Shown: positions 27,092 to 37,633 of the stretch, in pieces | Layout of the letters: every line of letters starts with the position of its first letter | Position numbering within the stretch: position 1 is the stretch's first letter | From: Obrimoposthia wandeli | Lineage: Eukaryota | Length of the DNA: 64,000 nt | Reading direction: 5' to 3' | Assembly (NCBI GenBank): GCA_977020255.1 | Contig: CDROCS010000715.1 | Location: forward strand, 558,001 to 622,000 | Notes under the pieces: generated by a model | What the model saw: the letters and a program-made list of their open reading frames with translations, nothing else | What the model was told of the DNA's origin: nothing | The model's database searches: none | Translations under genes and position numbers: made by a program

Positions 27092-27553
27092 TTAAACATA
27101 AAACAACATAGTGGCTTCACTCAAAGTCCAGAGAGGCTGCATTTTCCCGTCATCAGCAAAATATCCATTTAGACGTATTGAGATATTCCATAGTTCTTCA
27201 TCTAGAATTAGAGCAATCAAATATCCTAGATCATCTTTAAAATCCAGACTGGGATCAGTTTCAAGCTGGAAACAATTTCCTTCATATACATAATCAGGAA
27301 TGTAAAATCCCAAAATATTTTTCAATTGATCAAAATCAGATGTTGTTAAAATTTCGATGAGATATTTATTCTCCACTTTTGATATTTTCACAGGATTCAT
27401 AACTCGTATAATTTGATGCTTCTTTAATATATTACATAGTTTTCCTTTTGAAATTCTCTCTGGATAATAAAAGTTTCCTACACATCTCTTATCCATTCTA
27501 AAATAAGGAAACTGATTAAAATCAATGTTTATAAAAAAATACATATAAGACAC
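27092..27553 (-). CDS. Polinton accessory protein, paralogue 1 (putative OB-fold ssDNA-binding-like)
   Basis: Open 153-aa ORF. Shares NPVxI, DFxxLK, FxDDxG and WxIxIRLxGY with 27656-28114. C-terminal IRLNGY...GK..PLWTL resembles viral T7-type SSB strands (inference). Confidence 0.5.
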   Translation of the reverse strand: MSYMYFFINIDFNQFPYFRMDKRCVGNFYYPERISKGKLCNILKKHQIIRVMNPVKISKVENKYLIEILTTSDFDQLKNILGFYIPDYVYEGNCFQLETDPSLDFKDDLGYLIALILDEELWNISIRLNGYFADDGKMQPLWTLSEATMLFYV

Positions 27554-27619
27554 AAATATTTAAAAAATAAAACTGATTATTAAATGAAAGAAACATAGTA
27601 AACCCGATTACAATTTATT

Positions 27620-28114
27620 ACACGCAAAAGTTAAAACATAGAATTATGAGCACGTTCAATTTTCCACATAGGCAACTTTGTCTCCTTTTTCATCTTTCTT
27701 GTAACCATAAAGTCGAATTGTTACAGTCCATTGCTTCTTTTTCGGAAACACATCATTATCAACATATCTTCCATAGTCATCTAGAAATGCTTCATCGGGT
27801 CCTCGGATATAAAATTCGTTCTTATTGAAAGTAAAATTCGGAACTGCCTTTTCAACTTTCTGTTTAAGATATTGAAAATCTGGTTTTTGAATATTTGATA
27901 GATAGTAGCTGAACTTTCTTCTTTCAATTGTCACAGGATTTACTAAAGCAATCAGTTGAGCCTTCTTCAAGAATCTGACTTTGTTTTTGAAATATTGTTT
28001 CACTTCTTCATACATATCCTTATCCGATTCTTCAAACATTTCTATATCTTCCTCATCGCTAAATACCCGTTGGCTATCATCCATCGTTGATAATTGTCTT
28101 TGATATGAATGCAT
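27620..28114 (-). pseudogene. Polinton accessory protein, paralogue 2 (acidic N-terminus; frameshift near C-terminus)
   Basis: 152-aa ORF. A frame change after GDK gives LPMWKIERAHNSMF, which aligns with QPLWTLSEATMLF of paralogue 1. Confidence 0.55.
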
Positions 28115-28363
28115 TTACTATGATTTGTCCTCCAATGACGCATTCTTTTATACTAATTTCTAACAAAGACATGAATCTCATTGGTTAATATAACTAAAGC
28201 ATTGAATTTGATTGGACTAAAACCATATTAAAAATCCAATTTTATTGGAAGAAATATATCATCCAATTATAATAGATTTGCAAGATAATTACAAGAAACG
28301 TGCAATAAAAAGGTAGGTTCAGACATATATAAAGAAGATTTTACAGAATACAATTTTAGTCTA

Positions 28364-28865
28364 ATGAAACTCGTAAATATAAATTATAAAGGTAGAACAG
28401 AAGATGATGTTTCGTACTTACCATTCAATGAATGGAAGCCGAGACAATATGTGGAAAAGTTTGACAATTTCACAGTTGTTATTTTTCCTACAGGTTAGTT
28501 TTTTTATTTTATTTTCATATTGAATTCTTTTAAGAAATTGTCGTGTTATGGGATGCAAAATATTAATGCTTGGGTTCAATTTACCATTTGTAATTCGAAT
28601 CACTGCAATACAATCAATCACATTTTCGGCTAATTTTGGGACACAGATAAATCTTTTTAAAACTGCAGAGAAAATGAAAGAAGAATGCATGTTTGAACCA
28701 GAAATCTTTCCTGCTCTCAGTTATTTGAAGTTTAAACCGCTATGTGTAAATATATTTTCCAGTGGTAAAGTTATGATATTGGGATTGAAAAATTTTGATT
28801 ATCCAGACATTGTTGATTTGATTTTAGAAAATATATCTTATTACATGTTATTATCTTTTTTCTAA
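28364..28865 (+). pseudogene. TATA-binding-protein (TBP)-like gene with one 40-bp intron (acceptor mutated)
   Basis: Exon 28364-28493 ends VVIFPT|G. Intron gttagt... 28494-28533 ends in AA instead of AG. Exon 2 gives GNCRVMGCK...FEPEIFPAL...VNIFSSGKVMILGLK, i.e. both TBP repeats (IFxxGKxxxxGxK; YEPExFPxL). Confidence 0.8.
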
Positions 28866-28893
28866 ACAAACCCGTTTAAACTTATTGTTTCAA

Positions 28894-29165
28894 ATGAATA
28901 ATACTATAAATAGAGACAATGGAGTGAATCGACTTGCCGACAAATTTTTTCTGGAAAAATTAGGGTTAAAGAAATTTTATCAGAATTAAATAATAATGAT
29001 ATAACAAGAGATAACATTGAAATATTGGTTAGATCACACGTTATTCGAGAAATTAGAAATCGTACACAAATAAATAAAATTATAGCCAAATCATCATTAA
29101 TTAATTTTTGTATTTCATCTACAATAGCTCTAACATTGTACATTTCAATAAGGAAACTTCTATGA
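28894..29165 (+). pseudogene. Small frameshifted ORF with C-terminal hydrophobic segment
   Basis: MNNTINRDNG... then a frameshift to ...SSLINFCISSTIALTLYISIRKLL*. It lies between the TBP-like and ATPase genes on the same strand. Confidence 0.3.
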
Positions 29166-29199
29166 TAATATAAACAATATTAAAAATGAAAGAGTATAT

Positions 29200-29834
29200 G
29201 CAATGGAGCTAAATAATAATGCTGTATTTCAAATAGTTGGTCCCAGTGGAAGTATGTAAATTGTTGCAAAATGAATCTCTTTTCAAATCTAGTTTCAAAA
29301 ATATTTATTGACATCATGGTGGAGAAGGGTAAAGCGGATTAACCAAAACAGAAGTTTGCAAGTTGAAGGGAATACAATTTATTGAAGGATTTGATGCAAA
29401 TTGGTGTGAAAGATTGAAAAAAGAAGATGTAATAATAATTGATGATTTGTATCAGGAAGCTAACAAGGAATCAGACTTTAATAATTTATTTACGAAGATT
29501 GCAAGACATCGTGAAGTAACAGTTATATTTATCACTCAAAATCTTTTTCACCAAGGAGGTCACCATAGAACTAGAAATCTTAATGTGCATTACTTAGATT
29601 TTATTTAAAAATCCTAGAGATCAAACAGTTGTTGATTTCGTGGCCAGACAGGCATTTCCCCAAAATAAGAACTTTTTAGTTGATTCATTCCACGATGCTG
29701 CTAAACAAGCACATGGGTATATATTTATTGACTTTACACAAGCTTGCCCAGATGATTTACGTGTTTTAACCGACATATTTAGTTCTAAGGGAGTAACTGT
29801 TTATAAACAAATAGAGAACAATCATAAAAGATAA
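29200..29834 (+). pseudogene. Polinton genome-packaging ATPase (A32/FtsK-HerA-like)
   Basis: VFQIVGPSGS (Walker A with GKT deleted), VIIIDDL (Walker B), LFTKIARHREVTVIFITQNLF, FKNPRD, GYIFIDF. Frameshifted. Confidence 0.92.
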
Positions 29835-29841
29835 ATTTATA

Positions 29842-29982
29842 ATGCCTTTTAAGAAGTTGATAGTAAAACGTAAAGCAAAGCCTAAGAAATCAAAAAAAAT
29901 AATCATTAAGAAAAAAGAAGTAAAAAAATTAATCAAATCTGTAGTTAGAAATAAAAAAAAACTTAAATGGCTTCGAATATAA
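29842..29982 (+). CDS. 46-aa lysine-rich micro-protein (candidate virion core/DNA-condensing protein)
   Basis: MPFKKLIVKRKAKPKKSKKIIIKKKEVKKLIKSVVRNKKKLKWLRI*. Intact ATG-to-stop ORF within the morphogenesis gene run, too short for the supplied ORF track. Confidence 0.5.
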   Translation: MPFKKLIVKRKAKPKKSKKIIIKKKEVKKLIKSVVRNKKKLKWLRI

Positions 29983-30013
29983 AAAATATTTAAATTGAAC
30001 CTTTTTTATTAAA

Positions 30014-30335
30014 ATGAAGAAAATACAAAGAAGCATACCCTATTCTAAAGCTTTAGTCAAAGCCTCTTCACATAAGAGAATGATTATTCTTAAAGCATTT
30101 CCATCTTTTGTTGTAGATGATTTATTGGAAGTTTTGTATAATATAATTTATGGTCGAGTAAAAGTTGGAAAACGGAAAAATTGTATTAAAGAAATATAGC
30201 AATAACTCTTCTAGATATTGCTAATGAAAAGAGTAAAATAAAGAAACGAAATATTATTCTTTGACATAATGGTGGTTTCATAGGGTCTGTTATTCCAGTT
30301 GTTGCTTCAATTATCAGTAGTATTATAGCTGCGAC
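30014..30335 (+). pseudogene. Conserved small Polinton protein ending in GGF(I) plus amphipathic helix
   Basis: ...DLLEVLYNIIYGRV..., then after stop/frameshift KKRNIIL*HNGGFIGSVIPVVASIISSIIAA, typical of the small Polinton gene upstream of integrase. Confidence 0.6.
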
Positions 30336-31080
30336 ACGTACATAAACAATTATTTCAAAAATCAGCTAAAGATATGGGTGCTAACTCTTCTTTACCTAAA
30401 TTTAAACTTTCTATATATTCAAATTGTTGTAATGGAGAAGATATAGTTCAATCCAAATGGATTTGATGGAGATGATCCCATATTCTTCAATTAATAAGGG
30501 ATATCGATATATTTTAACATGTATTGATGTGTTTAGCAGGTTTGCTCTTGCAATTCCAGTTAAAGCAAAGTCTTCAATAGCTATGCTTGAAGCCATTAAA
30601 GAAATATTAAAAGAGGACATTCCACAAAATGTCCAAACTGATTTAGGAAAAGTATTTTATAATAAGCTAGTTCAATCTTTATTTAAACAAAATAATATAA
30701 ATCACTACTCTGTGTTTTCACTGTATAAAGCAGCAGTAGTAGAAAGATTTAATCGTACTTTAAGAGATCGAATAAAAAGTATTTCACAAAAGAAGGAAAT
30801 AAAAAATGGATCCAAGTTTTACCTAAAATAATACATGCCTATAATCACTCGGAACATAGAAGTCTCATGGGAATGAGACCCGTTGATGTTACTAATAAAA
30901 ATTCTATGGATATTTGGATGAACAGGAATAAAAAAGAAAATATTAAAAAAGCTAAATATAAGAAAAACGAATATGTTCGAATTTCGAAAATTAGCTCTAC
31001 TCCATTTATTAAAAGCTTTGATCAGAATTAGAGCGATGAAATATTTTGTTTAAGTAAAATTGATCAAAAGAGTAATCCAA
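30330..31080 (+). pseudogene. Polinton retroviral-like (DDE) integrase
   Basis: QMDLMEM, YILTCIDVFSRFALAIPVK, VQTDLGKVF, AAVVERFNRTLR, then WIQVLPKII.AYNHS.HRSL.GMRPVDV and EYVRISK in a shifted frame. Confidence 0.95.
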
Positions 31081-31082
31081 AA

Positions 31083-31804
31083 ATGAGAAGACTAAAACAT
31101 TTTTTAAAACCTATTCAAATTATATTTGGATCTGATAGAGAAGCTCTTCAATTCGGTTTTGACAGTGGACATGTAGTAGGTATGAAGAGATCTGATATAG
31201 CCTCATCTAAAATGTTTAAAAATGTTCCTAGTAGAGTAGTAAGAGTGTTGTTAGTTGAAACGAGACCAAAGACTGTAGTGGAACTGAAAATGTTTTCAAA
31301 AGATTATAAATTAGATAGTGAAGTGAATTTCTGTAAATTAATACAGAAGGAATGTTAAAAGATGGTAAAATAACGTTTACAGTAAAGAGCAATATAATAC
31401 GAGTTTTATTTGATGATAAACTCGTTAAAAACCTTGGTTTAAACATAAATACCTTTGAAACCCATACAATAAAAACCAAAAAAGCTAAAAATAAGGCAAA
31501 ACTTTTAAATGCTGTTAATCATTTATATATTTATACTAATTTAATAGAACCAACGCTTGTAGGAGGACAGCGAGTTCCACTTTTGAGAACAATATGGATA
31601 TCTAAAAATGAAACTAGAGATGGGGACGCTGTCGGTATGTGTATAGATCAACCAATGTATATTCCAGTTTCTCTCTTTTCTATAAACAATATTGAAGTAA
31701 ATATTAGAGATGATTCCGGACAACTAATAGATTTCACGTACGGGGCCAAGACAAGTTTAACAATACATTTAAGAAAACAAAATGGCGAATCCAGCAATAA
31801 TTGA
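31083..31804 (+). pseudogene. Polinton minor capsid (penton) protein, 5'-truncated and frameshifted
   Basis: LYIYTNLIEPTLVGGQRVPLLRTI, YIPV...INNIEVNIRDDSGQLIDF...LTIHLRK. Confidence 0.85.
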
Positions 31805-32155
31805 AGCTTATAGTCAAAGCCAACAAGGTGGAGAATTACCATATTTTGTTGGTAAACAATATGGATCTGGCTGGCTTAGAACATTAGGTAGATTTGCCTT
31901 TCCTCTTTTAAAGAGACTCGGGCGATTTATATCAAAATTAGGAAAGGACAATAAACTAAGGACAATAAACTAATACCAACTTTTAAGAAGCATGCGCTTG
32001 ATGAACTTGATAATGTTTTACCTGAAGTTGCTAATTTGATTAGAAAATGTAAATCAAATGAAAGCCAAGGAGGTAGTGGATTTAAAAGTAAAAAGAAGCA
32101 AAAAATCAATATAAACAAACGTAAGAATGTTGAAGGAACAATATTTGCAAAATAA
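31782..32155 (+). pseudogene. Polinton PZ-like protein with QGG/GSG motifs and amphipathic helix
   Basis: QQGGELPYFVGKQYGSGWLRTLGRFAFPLLKRLG, lying between penton and major capsid. Homologue at about 51010-51351. Confidence 0.75.
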
Positions 32156-32159
32156 GTTG

Positions 32160-32915
32160 CGCCAAAACTGAATTATGTATTTTTGATAAACCGCTTCCAC
32201 ATGTTGTTGTAGATAATGCTTCCTTTGAAGAAATATTTCTAGTTAACTCAGTTTCAGGAACCACTTTAACCGATTTAGAATTTAATATTAATGGTTCCAA
32301 TAGTGAGTATTTAGATTTGAATGATTTTCAAATAAAAGTATTAAATCGGGATGGTATTAATTTAGATGAAAATGCAGATATAACACCTGTAAATTATCTC
32401 TTTAATTCTTTATTTAGTGATGCCATTGTTACTCTTAATAATGTCAAAATTGAAGGTGGAAATTCTTCCTATGCTCATAAAGCTTTGATTGAAAGTATTT
32501 TGAACTATAGTACTGATACTCAAAATACTAATTTGGCAACCATTGGTTATGATAAAACGGTCGCAACTCGCAAAAATGGATTGCGGGTTCTAAAGCTTAC
32601 AAAATGTGTGGGTCTTTGAGATTGAATTTTTTTGAACAACCGAAATATTTAATTTCCGGTGTTAATGTACATCTTCGTTTGAAACGTAAGAAATGGAATT
32701 TTTCTTTGATAAGCACAGACATTCTAAAACCTAGACTTGATATTTTGGATGCAAAATTGTATGTCCGAAGAGTTAAAACCGAGCAATCAGTTTTAATGGC
32801 ACATAATATAGGAATGGAAAAAAACAATGCTTGTTATCCTATTAGAGAAACTAAACTTATATCCTATTCTTTAGGAACGGGTACACAAGCTTTTAATAAG
32901 GATCACGTTTTTTAG
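32160..32915 (+). pseudogene. Polinton major capsid protein (double jelly-roll), C-terminal half deleted
   Basis: LEFNINGSNSEYLDLND, TPVNYLFNSLFSD, YAHKALIESILNY, QPKYLISGVNVHLRLKR, LYVRRVK, YPIRETK. Confidence 0.9.
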
Positions 32916-35653
32916 AATTCTTCTCAATATAGTCTTTAAACACAAAGTTTTGACTGAAGCTTATAGCACGATGAATTCGAGTAACTTTTGCTCCCAACTT
33001 TAAGTAGAATTGAAGAAGCCGCCAATGCACAACATAATTCAACTTGTCTTCATGTGTTAACAATAATTTCTTAACCTTTGAATTAGGTGGGCATTGATGA
33101 ACAGGCGCTACTGGAAGATCATCTAATTTATCATGCACATTGGAAGGGATTGTTAAGTCATCCTCAACCAAATAGCCGATGTCTGATGAAACTGTATCGA
33201 CAGTAGCTAAATATGTCATAAACTTATTCAACTCTTCCTCATCATAAACCCACTTAAAGTTGGCATGAGATAGAGGTTGAGTAAGCGCCCACCCATACAA
33301 ATTAATAATGTCGATGAACAGAATATCCGTGCATTGATTTTTGACAACATGATGTTTGTTGACAAAGGTCATTCCACCGCGTATACCATAATCATACATT
33401 TGATACATCGCGAGATCTTGCAGTAACTCGATATCAATTTTAAGAGTTTTTATTGCTGTTGCCAATGAAAGACCAGGTAAAATAAAGAAATGCATGCAGT
33501 CTAGCCCATCTTCTGCTAAAGATTTTACATGAAAGGACTCAAAAACATCAGCTAAAAGATAAATATCTAACTTCATATAATAAAGCATATATTTTAGAAG
33601 ATTTCGACAATTATTCGCCTAAAATGTACGGGCCTCATTATAGTCTTGAAGACTTACACCCTCAAATTCAGTTATGAGAGGGATTTCTGTAGTATTTTCT
33701 AAATCTGCAAAGGTTTTCGCAAATTTATACTGAAAAATCCCTTTATCGTTAACCGAAGCTGGGAACATTGACTGTGTGATTGGCCATGCATTTAAAGATC
33801 CCGTTAAATTTTTTAAAGACCCGCTCAAAAACTGCAGAGAATCTATGAATCTTAAACTACAGAATTCAGTATATGCAGTTAAAGATAAATATTTCTCTGA
33901 ATTTTGAGGTATATATGAAATTTCCCAAGAGTTTATATTTGAATACATTAATACTCAAGTTATTAAGGTGTTAAAATCTTGAAATCGCAGTTATTTTAAC
34001 AGGAAAATTTATTCCATGATACTGCAATTCATTTTAAAAAGGGGTATATTTACTGACACGCTCTCTATGCTCAGTAATTACATCCCTTTTGAGGATGACC
34101 AATACGCTATACAAAAAGCAAAAGTTATCACTGTATTGTACGTTAACAATGTAACGTGAAAGTTGAAGAGATCTAGGTGAAGGAATGTATGAACTCCCCG
34201 AAAGATATATCATGTCAGTGAACTTTGTTAGAACAAAGCTAACATCGTGAATTCTATCTAGAATCCATCCACTACTTAACTCGCTATAATTAGCAATTTT
34301 TTCATCTAGGTTTCTTCCAATTTCAGTTACAAAATTATCATAGAAAACAGTTGCTTTATGTAAAATTACCTAAGTTTTAGTCTCCTCATTGACATTTTTA
34401 AACTGCACTGTTGCACAAAATTGAACTTTAGCCTGTCCTAATTTAGTCACTTCTGATTTTAAAAGACTTACAATATTTGAATCTTTACCTACGTTTAATA
34501 AAATTTCATTTCCTAATGGCACCTTAACAATAACATATTTATTATTTAGGTGATACTCTATAGTAACACCGTTTCTCTACATTTTTTGGTGTGACCTTAT
34601 TAAGAAATTGGCCACACCTCTTTCTTCCTACAGTCGCTGACAAACGTCCCCCTAATTGAACGGAAGACAACTATTTATATTAAATGTTGATGTTGGTGCT
34701 GCCGATGTTGAGGCAATCGCAGCTGATGTGGACGATGCTGCTGTAGTAGATGATGCTGTAGTAGATGCTGATGTACTAAATGCTACCGCAGATGATGAGA
34801 CAGTAGATGCTGCATTTGAAATAGGAGTAGCAGACATTGTCGACGAAGAAGTGGCTGTTGTAGAGGATGATGCTGCTGAAATAAATATATTAAAAAATAT
34901 ATATATATATTTTTTTAATTATTACCTCTAAGACGTGCAAACATCGATGTAGGTACTCGCGATGGGGGAGGCATAGATGTCATAGCGGACGACGGCTGTT
35001 TCACGGTATTTCCTGAATAAAAAAAAATATATATAATTACAATTTTAAAAAATATTCAGAAAAATAATAATAAAAAAGTACTTAATGAAGGCAATTCAAC
35101 TGTAGCTGGTTGGAAGTCATCTTCATTGATGGAATCCATCCAGCTGTCATCTGTGAACTCGACGAAATCGGATTCCTCGATGGTCTTCAACCAGCTGTTG
35201 TCGCTCCACTGCTCCATCTCAAAATCTTCTTGGGAGATGCCGTTCATCCACTCATTGTTATTCATTTGAGTGGATGGGGCAGAATCAGGAGACGGGAGAC
35301 CAATTGCAGGACCGTAAACGGGTTGAATCACTGCAACTGGAATTGGAGAATGTGTTGGAGCGGCCTGCAAATCGCGCACCAATTGCACAATATCCCTCTT
35401 CTTGTTGTTGGTCGTGAAACAGGATAGATGAGCTCGATGTTCACCGAAGAAGTCTCGAAACTCCTTCTCCTCCATTGTTCTGCAGAAGGGGCAGACGAAG
35501 AATCCAGACGAATAGTAGCCGGACATTATCTCCATACAGGACTCTCCTCCATGCGGAGCCGAAGCACCACAATAGGCTGGAAAGAGGATACATGTATTCT
35601 AAAAAATAAATATTAATAATGAAATAATAAGTATAGATTCTTACCATAGTCAT
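32893..35653 (-). pseudogene. Protein-primed DNA polymerase B with spliced N-terminal extension; model join(35653-35645, 35598-35082, 35012-34926, 34875-~32905)
   Basis: GT-AG introns of 46, 69 and 50 bp join in frame. Exons encode a CPFC-x14-H-x2-H-x2-C motif, acidic Trp repeats and a S/T/A linker. The frame runs (through TAG stops) into SSGWILDRI, GSSYIP, FCFLYSVL, FIDSLQFL, YMKLDIYLLADVFE, YGIRGG and DIINLYGWA. About 1 kb is deleted internally and the C-terminus is lost. Confidence 0.9.
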
Positions 35654-35871
35654 TATTTCAAATAGTCGGGGATTTAAATAAAGAAAGTGTTTGCTTATAT
35701 ACTAAAATTTATGCTCACATGCTCTTTTCCTATTGGATGAAAATATTGAATTGAAACTGAGAAGGATTGTTTATCTATTATTGGTTGACAATATTATTTT
35801 TTATTCCTCCAATTAAAAGGCTTATTTGTAATTGGATGAAAATTTTGTAAATTTTGAATTAGAAGAATTGT

Positions 35872-36361
35872 TTATCTACATGTCAAGTAATAATAAGATA
35901 GACTTAAACATTTTTTATATGCGCAATGGTCACCATGATCACGATATGGACAGCAAATATTTCGTGGAATTTTTAATAGATGATCACGTGAAATATTTAA
36001 AGTATTCAATCTCAAATTTGGAAAATATTTCTTTTAAGTTTTATACTTTTTGCCATCCATTTCATATAAAACATAAAAAATTCCATTTTCAATATCAAAA
36101 TTAGATTTTATTTTATCGAAAATACATATTTCACAAAAAGCCTTATGTCCTTCTTTCCATTTTAATAAATGAAAGTAATTAGTTAGATATAAATTAATAA
36201 ATTTTTTCTTATAATCTAAACTTCTAAATGGGATATTTATTTGAAATGTGAAACGCAAAGGATAAAAAAACGTCGCATATATCCATAATACATAATTCTT
36301 TTATAATATAATCACCATTTTTGTTAACGAAAGTCTCAAAATCTATGATATATTCCTGCAT
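35872..36361 (-). pseudogene. DEDD/DnaQ-like exonuclease-type Polinton accessory protein
   Basis: MQEYIIDFETFVNKNGDYIIKELCIMD (ExoI-like IDxE), YLTNYFHLLKWKEG, C-terminal CPYRDHGDHCAYKKC. One homopolymer frameshift and one stop. Confidence 0.55.
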
Positions 36362-36449
36362 AATTACCCAAATTTGTAGCAAATCCCTTTGTTTATAACG
36401 AAAAAAATCATTAATCAAAATTTTATTAAAATAACAAAGTACTCAGGAT

Positions 36450-36672
36450 TCAGTCTTTCATGTTAAAATTGGTATATATTGTCAATTCTCCTATGAATAT
36501 TAAAATAAATTATATTAAATATAAACATACCTAAATATTTCGAAATTAAATTACATATTTTATCTCCTACAATTTCTGGAGTATCATTTACTGAAAAGTA
36601 ATTTTTTTTATAATCTTCCATTAAATCTGGAGATAAATTTATGTATAATTTATTCCGATTTTTATTATCCAT
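36450..36672 (-). CDS. Small spliced Polinton gene (60 aa), 40-bp intron 36530-36491
   Basis: tag|gtatgt donor and catag acceptor give an in-frame ...KICNLISKYL-G-ELTIYTNFNMKD*. TATA-like tatatataa lies just upstream. Confidence 0.55.
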
Positions 36673-36774
36673 TTAACAAAAAACATTATATATAAATTTG
36701 TTTATATTTAGACAAATATGTAACATAATCAATAAAGACAAAATAATATACAAAAAATTTATTCTTTTGTAGAA

Positions 36775-37066
36775 GGACCCTCTTCCGGTTTAATCTGGAG
36801 GAATCTCTTTCTTGCTGCTCGCCGATTATCCTCCATCTCTTCTATTCTTTTTTCATCCACCTTCATTTTTTACATTTCTATCTCCTTATTCCACTCCACG
36901 ATTCGTTGTCGTTCTGCTAGCCGCCTATCTTGTATCTCCACCCGGCGATTCCACTCGGTCGCGACAGCAGCATACTAATTTTGTTTGAGGACCCTCTTTC
37001 TTAAGTCTCCTTTCTTCTCATTTCTTCTGATGTTCTCTTCTATCTTCGTTACCAGACTCTTCATTT
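36775..37066 (-). pseudogene. Basic coiled-coil Polinton protein B (second copy)
   Basis: MKSLVTKIEENIRRNEKKGDLRKRVLKQN*Y...MEDNRRAARKRFLQIKPEEGPS, homologous to 3010-3300. Confidence 0.75.
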
Positions 37067-37391
37067 TAATGAATTCCATTATTTAATTATGAAGAGGTTA
37101 ATAAATTTGAACCTATATATATATAAATGTAAGTTACTTTTAATCCAATAACAGGCAATTAAATGAAATATTTATCAAATTAGAGTTTAATAAATAATTG
37201 CATTTATATTTAAACCAAAAAAATTTAAATGATTCCTTATTAATCCAATCACATTTGAATAAGTTAACTATTTTTTCATCTTGATATTTTAATAAACTTA
37301 AAGATGGTATTTTAATATTGCTAAATTTAAAATTTAACATTTTTTTAAAATAAATATTAAAAAGAAAACACATAAAATTAATTTTTATAAA

Positions 37392-37630
37392 TTATATTTT
37401 TAAAAATTTTACAAAGTTATCATTGAGATCATCCTCATCGAAATCCCTCCGACTGAGTATTATTGGAGAAAGCGGTACTGGCTTCTTCTTCTTTGGCCGG
37501 CCCGGTTTCTTTTTCAGCTTCACCGGTTGTTGTACAGCAATTGTCTTTTCCTCAGTTTTTGACAATAGTTGCCGCAACTTTTTGGGAGGAGGTGCAGCCG
37601 ATGTTGATGGCCCCGACATAGAAGCAGTGG
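37392..37630 (-). pseudogene. Last exon of accessory gene A (AT-hook-like) in Polinton B
   Basis: STSAAP.PKKLRQLL, KKKPGRPKKK and LSRRD are shared with 2354-2782. Upstream exons are replaced by the 350-bp repeat. Confidence 0.75.
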
Positions 37631-37633
37631 GCG

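Noticed and set aside
34577-34654. Three in-frame TAGs in 26 codons suggesting a reassigned stop codon
   Set aside because: Elsewhere TAG replaces different residues (Trp in integrase and MULE motifs, Leu and Gln versus the sister copy), TAA/TGA and frameshifts are equally common, and mrpl22 reads normally. This is ordinary decay.
34656-35616. Plus-strand ORFs 34656-34931, 35110-35427 and 35428-35616; likewise 671-961, 38877-39402, 56476-56940 and similar
   Set aside because: These are antisense or alternate-frame shadows of GC-richer coding exons, with no independent motifs.
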